DNA from: Anaeramoeba ignava BMAN | Taxonomy: Eukaryota > Protista > Anaeramoebae | Assembly: GCA_028826165.1 (NCBI GenBank) | Contig: JAPDFW010000096.1 | Location: 1 to 64,000, forward strand | Reading direction: 5' to 3' | Length of the DNA stretch: 64,000 bases | In this document: positions 51,545 to 62,791 of the stretch, piece by piece | Layout of the letters: each line of letters opens with the position of its first letter | How positions within the stretch are numbered: position 1 is the first letter of the stretch | The notes under the pieces: model-generated | What the model saw: the letters and a program-made list of their open reading frames with translations, nothing else | What the model was told of the DNA's origin: nothing | Databases searched by the model: none | Made by a program: the position numbers and the translations under genes

Positions 51545-53611
51545 TTAAAATGGATCGCAAAAAGTTTGTGATGTTCCATTTGGATAATGAATTTCTTGGA
51601 TTTCTTTTATTCCTTCTTTGTTTCTAATATAAGTTTGAAATAGTCTTGAATTTTCTTGAACTTGAATAATTCTTGTTCCTTTTTTTATTTTGAAAAATTT
51701 AAATTTAATTTATTGATTTTGATTTTATTGATTTAATTCAAAAAAACCTTGAACTATTGGTCTTTCAGGTTCAGAACAACCAAATCCTGATTTTCTTCCA
51801 TAAGCAAGATAAATTCCATTATAATTTCCAATATAATCATTTTTGTGATCATGTCCAACAAAAACTCCATAAACATCTCCTTGTTCAAGAAATGTTTGAT
51901 AAAGTCCTGTATTTTTTGCAGAACAACAACTAAGTTCTCCTTTCACACCTTTTAAATTGATTTTGATTTTGATTTTGATTTTGATTTTAGATTTTGATTT
52001 TGATTTTGATTTTGATTTTGATTTTGATTTTAATTTTAATTTTTATAAATTTACCATAACAAGTATTATTATTCCAAACATACATGTATTCAGGAAATGG
52101 AATATGGAAAAATGCTAAAGCAGGTTTTGTTTCTCCATTCTTTTCTTTCAAATAATTTGATATATTCTTATACCATTCAATTTGATCAGGATAAACACAA
52201 CTCCAACCAAGAACACCTTCACAATTAAAGTCACCTATTTATTCAATATTATTTTAATATTCAATATTATTTTTTAATCCAAATTATTTTTAATCCAAAT
52301 TATTTTTAATTCAAAATTATTTTTAATTCCATATTATTTTTAATCCAAAATATTTTTAATTCAATATTATTTTTAATATTCAATATTATTTTTAATCCAA
52401 ATTATTTTTAATTCAAATTGTTTTTAATCCAAATTATTTTTAATATTCCATATTATTTTTAATATTCAATATTATTTTTTAATCCATATTATTTTTAATC
52501 CAAATTATTTTTAATTCAATATTATTTTTAATATTCAATATTATTTTTAATATTCAATATTATTTTTAATTCCATATTATTTTTAATTCAATATTATTTT
52601 TAATATTCAATATTATTTTTAATTCAATATTATTTTTAATATTCAATATTATTTTTAATCCAATATTATTTTTAATTCAAATTATTTTTAATTCAATATT
52701 ATTTTTAATCCAAAATATTTTTAATCCAATATTATTTTTAATCCAATATTATTTTTAATTCCATATTATTTTTAATTCAATATTATTTTTAATATTCAAT
52801 ATTATTTTTAATATTCAATATTATTTTTAATTCCATATTATTTTTAATTCAATATTATTTTTAATATTCAAAATTATTTTTAATTCAAATTATTTTTTAA
52901 TATTTTAATTGTAAAAACCTGTATCAAAAAAATAAAGAATTAATTTAGTTTCATTTGAATCTGAACCAAGAACTTCAAGATAATAATTAGAAACTCCATG
53001 AATATTTTCTGGTCCTTTTTGTGAATAACTGTATTCATGTTCCATATCAATTGCAATAAGTTCATCTCGAGTTAATCGACTAAAATTAAAAATTAAATTG
53101 AAAAATTAAATTGAATAAATGAAAAAATAATTAAATTGAAAATTATAACTAACCCTGAATCATCATGATTTCCAAATGTAATACAATATTTATGTTTCTT
53201 TGAGTTTGCAAAATAAATTGCATTTTCCCAAGCAATTTTTGGGTCTAAAACATATGGAAGAAGTAAATCACCTTTTTAAAATTAAATTTAAAATTAAAAA
53301 AAATAAACATTTGATTAACATTTAAAATAAAAAAAAATTAAAAAATTAAAAATAAATTAAAATAAATAAATTAAATAAAAATACCAGTAAAAATTACAAA
53401 ATCAGTATTTGATCCTTCTGTTTTAAAATAAGCTTCTTGTGCTAAATCTGATTCAATATCCTTAATAGAAAAATCTCCATAATGTAAATCAGTTAATTGC
53501 ATAATTTGAAATGTTCCATCACTTCTAAACCTTAATGGTTCTTTTTCAGCTTTGTTTTTTAAAATTAAAAAACCAAAAAAAATTAAACAAAAGTAAAATT
53601 TTCTTTATCAT
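51545..53611 (-). CDS. Dcr2/PAP29-like metallophosphoesterase (copy D), +1 nt in the signal-peptide region (error or pseudogene)
   Basis: Close paralog of copy F with an extra base near 53593; the remaining exons look intact to ..TFCDPF*. Confidence 0.75.
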
Positions 53612-53885
53612 TTTGTTTTTATGACAAAAAAAAAGAAGAAAGAAGAAAAAAAAATGAACCAAAAAATAAATTTTTTTTAAATTTACCAAAAAAAAAAAAG
53701 CAAAAAATTTTTTCAATAAACAAAAAGAAAAACTGAAAAGAATGATTTTGATTTTAATTTTAATTTTAATTTTAATTTTAATTTTAATTTTAATTTTAGT
53801 TTTAATTTTAATTTTGATTTTGATTTTGATTTTAATTTTAATTTTAATTTTGATTTTAATTTTAATTTTAATTTTGATTTTAATT

Positions 53886-55699
53886 TTAATTATTAAATTT
53901 GTTAATTAATAAATCAAATAAATTTGGATTTGTTTGATTTAATTGAAAATAATCAATTCCAAATTCAATTTCTTCAATTATTTCTTGTGTAATTTGAATT
54001 TCATCTTTAATTTGATTTGAATAAATCCAATATTCAAATATTTGAAATGATTTATTACTTAATTCACTATAATCTGTAACTTTATTGGAAGTATCATCTG
54101 TTACAGATAAAAACATTCCTCGATATAATTCACTTCTCATTATTAATATTAATTTAGGAAATTTATATTGTTTTTCTTTTCTTTCAATAATAAAATCTTT
54201 TTCATTTTCATTTAAATAAATTCTTTTCATTGTTTCTTCAATTTTTTCATTGGAATTTATAATTTCTTTAATTTCTGAATATAATTTTGGATTTATTTTG
54301 GAATTGTTTGAATAAATCATTTCAAATATTTGATTTGATTCTTTAATTGATTTATTTGAAATAATTTCTTGAAGTTTTTCAATTTGATTTTGATTTTCAT
54401 TTAATCTATATTTCAATATTAATTTATGAGCTTCAATTATTTCTCCATTTTTGGTTTTAAATGAAATATCACAAAATTCTTTTCTTCTAAATAATTTTAT
54501 CAAATCTTCTTCAAGATTGGAAAAAGAATGAGGAGAATAATAAAGAAATGATCCATAAAATGCACAAGAAACATGATAATTGGAAATATCTTCATTAAAT
54601 CTTAATTTAGGAAGTTTAATTTGAATTGGAATTGATTGATTTTTTGTATCTTCAGTTCCTAACTGACTATAATAATTATTTCCAAATCCAAATAATTTTG
54701 AATTGGATGTTAAAATCAAAGTATGAGAATGACCAACAGAAATATCAAGAATATTATCATCATTTTCAAATAAAGATGATTTGATTTCAGTAAATTCATA
54801 AGTATCTTCACTTTTTCCAAGTCCATTATATTTATAATATCCACATGAATAAAGTTTTCTTTTTGGATTTTCATTTTCATTTTCATTTTCAATCAACATT
54901 ATCGAATAAGCAACTCCACATTGAATATCAATTATTTTGCCTTTTGGAATATTTTGGATTTTGGTTAATTTATGGATTTTTATTTCTTCTTTTCTTGATT
55001 TTCCTAATCCAAGTTGACCATATTCATTCCAACCGCATCCAAATAATTCTTGATTTGAATTTAAAAGAAAAATTGAATCTGAAATATTTCCTGAAAATAT
55101 TTTAGAAACATTTTTCATCATTAAAATTGGTTTTTCTGTTTTTTTAAATGTTTCAGAATCAAAACCAAGTTGACCATATTCATTTGAACCAATTCCATAA
55201 GCATTTTGATTTGAAGTTAATAAGTAAATTGAATTGTATCCAGAAACAATATCTTCAATTATTCTATCATTTGTATCTTCAATTAATGATGAAATATTGA
55301 TAAATTCTTTTGGATTTTCTGAATTAATATCTTTTCCTTTGGCAAATACATTTCCTTCTATTGTTAAAATAGCTTCATTTCTAGCACCAACAGTTACTTT
55401 TTGAATATTTTCAATTTGGATTTTTTCAAGATTTTGATTTGAATCATTTCTATTTAAATATTCTATTGCTTTTCCATTTTCAAAAAGGAAAATTGTTGAA
55501 AATAAACTTGATGAAATTTGTTTAATTTGTTTTTATTTTCATTTTCATTTTCATTTTCATTTTCATTTTCATTTTCATTTTCATTTTCATTTTCATTTTC
55601 ATTTTCAAATTTAAATTGAATTGGTTTTGTTATTTTATATGGTTCATTTTTGATAAATTTTGATTCTTGATTTCTTCCAAAAAATAAACAATCATTCAT
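53886..55699 (-). CDS. RCC1-repeat + BTB/POZ protein (copy 6), frameshift near 55530
   Basis: ORFs 55463-55699 and 53886-55121 join into the paralog architecture; the indel is at the end of the ENEN tract. Confidence 0.8.
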
Positions 55700-55824
55700 T
55701 TTCTTTTTTTATTTTTTATTTTTTTTAATTTTTTGAAAAGAAAAAAATGAAAAATTTAGATTTTGATTTTAATTTTGATTTTAATTTTGAATTTTAATTT
55801 TGAATTTTAATTTTGAATTTAATT

Positions 55825-57623
55825 TTAATTATTAAATTTATTAATTAATAAATCAAATAAATTTGGATTTGTTTGATTTAATTGAAAATAATCAATTCCT
55901 GTTTCTAACTCATCAATTATTTCTTGTGTAATTTGAATTTCATCTTTAATTTGATTTGAATAAATCCAATATTCAAATATTTGAAATGATTTATTACTTA
56001 ATTCACTATAATCTGTAACTTTATTTGATTTATCATTTGTTACAGATAAAAACATTCCTCGATATAATTCACTTCTCATTATTAATATTAATTTTGGAAA
56101 TTTATATTGTTTTTCTTTTCTTTCAATAATAAAATCTTTTTCATTTTCATTTTCATTTTCATTTAAATAAATTCTTTTCATTGTTTCTTCAATTTTTTCA
56201 TTTGAATTTATAATTTCTTTAATTTCAGAATATAATTTTGGATTTATTATTCTATTTGAATAAATCATTTCAAATATTTGATTTGATTCTTTAATTGATT
56301 TATTTGAAATAATTTCTTGAAGTTTTTCAATTTGATTTTGATTTTGATTTTGATTTAATCTATATTTCAATATTAATTTATGAACTGAAATTATTTCTTC
56401 ATTTTTGGTTTTAAATGAAATATCACAAAATTCTTTTCTTCTAAATAATTTTATCAAATCTTCTTCAAGATTTGAAAAAGGAGAAAGAAAAGGAGAATAA
56501 TAAAGAAATGATTTTTTATATCCAGAAAGAACATGATAATTGAAAATATCTTCATTAAATCTTAATTTAGGAAGTTTAATTTGAATTGGAATCATTTGAT
56601 TTTCACTTGTATCTCCAATTCCTAATTGACCAAAGAAGTTATCTCCAAATCCTATCAATTTTGAATTGGATGTTAAAATCAAAGTATGAGAATGACCAAC
56701 AGAAATTTCAAGAATATTATCATTTTCATTTTCAAATAAAGATGATTTGATTTCAGTAAATCTTCTTTTATTTTCACTTTTACCAAGTCCATTATATCTA
56801 TAATCTCCACATGAATAAAGTTTTCTTTTTGGATTTTCATTTTCATTTTCATTTTCAATCAACATTATTGAATGATTAAATCCAGATTGAATATCAATTA
56901 TTTTGCCTTTTGGAATATTTTGGATTTTGGTTAATTTTTTGATTTTTGTTTCTTCTTTTCTTGATTCTCCTAACCCAAGTTGACCATGTTCATTCCAACC
57001 GCATACAAATAATTCTTGATTTGAATCTAAAAGAAAAATTGAATCTGAAGTATTTCCTGAAAATATTTTAGAAACATTTTTCATCATTAAAATTGGTTTT
57101 TTTGTTTCTTTGAAGTACTTCAGGATCAAAACCAAGTTGACAATATTGATTTGAACCAATTCCATAAGCATTTTGATTTGAAGTTAATAAGTAAATTGAA
57201 TTGTATCCAGAAACAATATCTTCAATTATTCTATCATTTGTATCTTCAATTAATGATGAAATATTGATAAATTCTTTTGGATTTTCTGGATTAATATCTT
57301 TTCCTTTGGCAAATACATTTCCTTCTATTGTTAAAATAGCTTCATTTCTAGCACCAACAGTTACTTTTTGAATATTTTCTTCAATTTGAATTTTTACAAG
57401 ATTTTGATTTGAATCATTTTTACTTAAATATTCTATTGCTTTTCCATTTTCAAAAAGGAAAATTGTTGAAAAATAAACTTGATGAAATTTGTTTAATTTG
57501 TTTTTCATTTTCATTTTCATTTTCATTTTCAAATTTAAATTGAATTGGTTTTATTATTTTTTCTGGTTTATTTTTGATAAGTTTTGATTCTCGATTTCTA
57601 CCAAAAAATAAACAATCATTCAT
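55825..57623 (-). CDS. RCC1-repeat + BTB/POZ protein (copy 7), two frameshifts (~57470, ~57110)
   Basis: Three overlapping ORFs reconstruct the paralog; start MNDCLF at 57623. Confidence 0.8.
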
Positions 57624-57877
57624 TTTCTTTTTATTATTTTTTAATTTTTTTAATTTTTTGAAAAGAAAAAAATGAAAAAAATAAATTTGGAATTTTCTGT
57701 TCAAAAACCAAAAAATTTTTTCAAACAAAACAAAACAAATCAAATCAATTCAAAACAAATCAAATCAATCCAAATCAAATCAAATCAAATCAATTCAAAT
57801 CAATTCAAATCAAATCAAATTTAAAAAAGGAAATGAATTAATTTGATTTAGGTTTTTTTAAAATATGAAAGAAGAAT

Positions 57878-59833
57878 TTAATTTGGACAAATATTTTGGA
57901 TTTCATTTGAATTTGGATAATGAATTTCTTGTGTTTCAATTTCTCCATCTTTATTTCTAATATAAGTTTGAATTTCTCTTAAATTTTCTTCAACTCGAAT
58001 AATTCTTGTTCCTTTTTATTATTTCAAATTTTAATTTAAATTTAAATTAATTTTTTGATTTTGTTTTGTTTTAATTTAAATAAATAAACCTTGAACTTTT
58101 GGAAGTTTAGGTTGATAAGATCCAAATCCTGATTTTCTTCCATAAGCAAGATAAATTCCATTATAATTTCCAATAAAATCATTTTCATGATCATGTCCAA
58201 CAAAAACTCCATAAACATCTCCTTGTTCAAGAAATGTTTGATAAAGTCCTGTATTTTTTGACCAACAACCAACATTCTCTCCTTTAACACCTTTTAATTT
58301 TGAATTTGATTTTTGATTTTGATTTTGATTTTAATTTTAATTTTGATTTTAATTTTGATTTTGATTTTGATTTTGATTTTTATTTTGATTTTAATTTTGA
58401 TTTTGATTTTAATTTTAATTTTAATTTTAATTTTAATTTTGATTTTGATTTTTATTTTGATTTTGATTTTTATAAATTTACCATAACAAACTTCACTATT
58501 CCAAACATTCATGTATTCAGGAAGTGCTATATGAAAAAATGCTAAAGCAGGAATTGTTCTATTATTCTTTTCCTTTCAAATAATTTGATATATTCTTATA
58601 CCATTCAATTTGATCAGGATAAACACAACTCCAACCAAGAACACCTTCACAATCAAAGACACCTATTTATTCAATATTATTTTAATATTCAATATTATTT
58701 TTAATCCAAATTATTTTTAAATATTTTGATTGTAAAAACCTGTATCAAAAAAATAAAGAATTAATTTAGTTTCATTTGAATTTGAACCAAGAACTTCAAG
58801 ATAATAATTAGAAACTCCATGAATATTTTCTGGTCCTTTTTGTGAATAACTGTATTCATGTTTCATATCTAATTCAATAAAAGTATTTTCAGGAGAATAA
58901 AACCTTTTTAATTAAAAATTAAATTAAATTAAAATCAAAAAATTTGAATAGCAATTCCAAAAAATAAATCAAACCCTGCATAATCATGATTTCCAAAAAC
59001 AACACTATATTTCTTTTGATAAAAATTTGCAAAATAGACTGCTCTTTCCCAACCTATCATTGGTACTTCAGCATAAACAGCAAGTAAATCACCTATTTTA
59101 ATTTCAATTTAATTCCAATTTAATTTAATTCAATTTATTTATTCCAATTTATTTATTTCAATTCATTTATTTCAATTTATTTATTTCAATTTATTTATTT
59201 AAATTTATTTATTCCAATTTATTTATTTCAATTTATTTATTTCAATTTATTTATTTCAATTTATTCCAATTCATTTATTCCAATTTATTTATTTCAATTT
59301 ATTTATTCCAATTTATTTATTTCAATTTATTTATTTAAATTTATTTATTTCAATTTATTTATTTCAATTTATTTATTCCAATTTATTTATTTAAATTTAT
59401 TTATTCCAATTTATTTATTTCAATTTATTTATTCCAATTTATTTATTTAAATTAATTTATTTATTCCAATTTATTTCAATTTATTTATTTCAATTTATTT
59501 ATTCCAATTTATTTATTTAAATTTATTTATTCCAATTTATTCCAATTTATTTATTCCCAATTTATTTATTTTTAATCCAAAATTAATAAAAAAATTAATA
59601 AAAAAATTACCAGAAAAAACAACAAAATCAGTATTTAATCCTTCAGTTTGAAAATAAGTTTCTTGAGCTAAATCTGATTTTATATCGTTTGGAAAATAAC
59701 CCCCATAATGTAAATCAGTTAATTGCATAATTTGGAATGTTCCATCACTTCTAAACCTTAATGGTTCTTTTGCTAAAATATTTTCAATTATTAAAAAACA
59801 AAAAAAAACAAAACTAACTTGATTTATATTCAT
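57878..59833 (-). CDS. Dcr2/PAP29-like metallophosphoesterase (copy E), probable 1-nt indel near 58572
   Basis: Near-duplicate of copy C, including introns and flanks. Confidence 0.8.
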
Positions 59834-60400
59834 TTTTTAAACTCAAAATCAAAAATCAAAAATCAAAAAAATTTTTTAAATGAAAAAAAAGAAATGATTA
59901 AAATTTTTCCGTTTTTTTATTCTAAATCTAATTTCTTCCAATATCATTTTCAATTTCATTTTTCTGGCAAATAATTAAAAAAAAATTTTATTCTTTCTTT
60001 CTTTTTTGATCTAAATTACCATCTTGATCCAAAAATTATAACAATAAATAATTAAAAGGAAATCACAAAATATAATCAAATTTACGAAACTCTTGTTTTT
60101 TTTTATTTATTATTTTTTATTTTTAGGGGTTTTCGATCAATTAAAAATTTTTTATTATTGATCAAATTCATTTTTTAATTTAAATTTTTAGTTATTTTTT
60201 AATCCAAATCATCTTATTTTCTGTTAATAAAACAAAATAAAAACAAAATCAAATTAAATCTTTTTCCAATTTTTTAATCCAAAAAAAAAAACAAAAAATG
60301 ATAAAAATTTCGTTTCTTTTTTTTTGGGTTTTTAATTTGATTTTTAATTTGATTTTTATTTTAATTTTGAATTTGATTTTAATTTTGATTTTGATTCCAT

Positions 60401-62650
60401 TCAATTTTTGCAAACGTTTTGTGATGTTCCATTTGGATAATGAATTTCTTGAATTTCTTTTCTTGATTCTCTGTTTCTAATATAAGTTTGAAATTGTCTT
60501 GAATTTTCTTCAACTCGAATAATTCTAGTTCCTTTTAATTGTAATTGTAATTTTTGATTTTAATTTTAATTTTGATTTTAATTTTGATTTTGATTTTGGA
60601 TTTTAATTTTGATTTTTAATTTTTGATTTTTTTTTTGATTTTGATTTTGATTTTGATTTTGATTTTGATTTTGAATTTAATTTGATTTTGATTTTGATTT
60701 TGATTTTGATTTTGATTTTGATTTTGATTTTAATTTTGATTTTGATTTTAATTTTTATTTTGATTTTGATTTTAATTTTAATTTTAATTTTGATTTTAAT
60801 TTTAATTTTGATTTGAATTTGATTTTGATTTTGATTTTAATTTTGATTTTGATTTTATTGATTTAATTGAAACAAACCTTGAATTGTTGGAGGTTCAGGT
60901 TCATAGCATCCAAATCCTGATTTTCTTCCATAAGCAAGATAAATTCCATTATAATTTCCAATATAATCATTTTTGTGATCATGTCCAACAAAAACTCCAT
61001 AAACATCTCCTTGTTCAAGAAATGTTTGATAAAGTCCTGTATTTTGTGACCAACAACAAACAAGTTCTTCTTTAACACCTTTTAATTTTAAATTTGATTT
61101 TGATTTTGATTTTAATTTTAATTTTAATTTTAATTTTAATTTTAATTTTAATTTTAATTTTAATTTTAATTTTAAATTTTTAATTTTAGATTTTAATTTT
61201 GATTTTATTTTAATTTTAATTTTGATTTTCATTTTGATTTTAATTTTAATTTTAATTTTAATTTTAATTTTGATTTTCATTTTGATTTTAATTTTAATTT
61301 TGATTTTGATTTTGATTTTGATTTTTGATTTTGATTTTAATTTTGATTTTAATTTGATTTTGATTTTGATTTTGATTTTAATTTTGATTTTAATTTTTAT
61401 TTTAATTTTGATTTTGAATTTTGATTTTGATTTTAATTTTTAATTTTAAATTTTGATTTTGATTTTGAATTTTGATTTTGATTTTGATTTTGATTTTGAT
61501 TTTGATTTTGATTTTGATTTTGATTTTGATTTTTGATTTTGATTTTGATTTTGATTTTGATTTTGATTTTGATTTTGATTTTGATTTTGATTTTGATTTT
61601 GATTTTGATTTTGATTTTGATTTTGATTTGTTTTTGATTTTTGATTTTGATTTTGATTTTGATTTTGATTTTGATTTTGATTTTGATTTTGATTTTGATT
61701 TTGATTTTTATAAATTTACCATAACAAGTATTATTATTCCAAACATACATGTATTCAGGAAATGGAATATGGAAAAATGCTAAAGCAGGTTTTGTTTCTC
61801 CATTCTTTTCTTTCAAATAATTTGAAATATTCTTATACCATTCAATTTGATCAGGATAAACACAACCCCAACCAGGAACACCTTCACAATCTGAATCACC
61901 TATTGATTCAATATATTTTAATATCCAAATTATTTTTTAATTCAAATTATTTTTAAATATTTTGATTGTAAAAACCTGTATCAAAAAAATAAAGAATTAA
62001 TTTAGTTTCATTTGAATTTGAACCAAGAACTTCAAGATAATAATTAGAAACTCCATGAATATTTTCTGGTCCTTTTTGTGAATAACTGTATTCATGTCCC
62101 ATATCAATTGCAATAAGTTCATCTCGACTTAACCAACTAAAAAATAAAAAATTAAAATTAAATTGAAAAATTAAATTGAAAAATTAAATTGAATAAATGA
62201 AAAAATAATTAAAATAAAATTATAACTAACCCTGAATCATCATGATTTCCAAATGTAATACAATATTTATGTTTCTTTGAGTTTGCAAAATAAACTGCAT
62301 TTTCCCAAGCAGTCATTGGGTCATATACTCCTGGAAGAAGTAAATCACCTTTTTTAAAAAAAAATTAAAAATAAAATTAAAATTAAAAATAAAATAAAAT
62401 AAAAATAAAATTAAATAAAAATACCAGTAAAAATAACTAAATCAGTGTTTTCTCCTTCTGTGTCAAAGTAAATATCTTGTGATAAATCTGATTCAATATC
62501 ATTAACAGAAAAATCTCCATAATGTAAATCAGTTAATTGCATAATTTGGAATGTTCCATCACTTCTAAACCTTAATGGTTCTTTTTCAGCTTTGTTTTTT
62601 AAAATTAAAAAACCAAAAAAAATTAAACAAAATAAAATTTTCTTGATCAT
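60401..62650 (-). CDS. Dcr2/PAP29-like metallophosphoesterase (copy F)
   Basis: Same exon structure; ends ..GTSQNVCKN*. Confidence 0.85.
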
Positions 62651-62791
62651 TTTGTTTTTTGTTTTTTGTTTTAATTAAAGAAGCAAAAAAAATGAAAAAA
62701 AAAATGAACTAAAAAATAAATTTTTTTAATTCAAAAAAAGTTTTTTGTTTTTTTGCTTTTTGTTTTTTGCTTTTTTTGCTTTTTATTCTCT

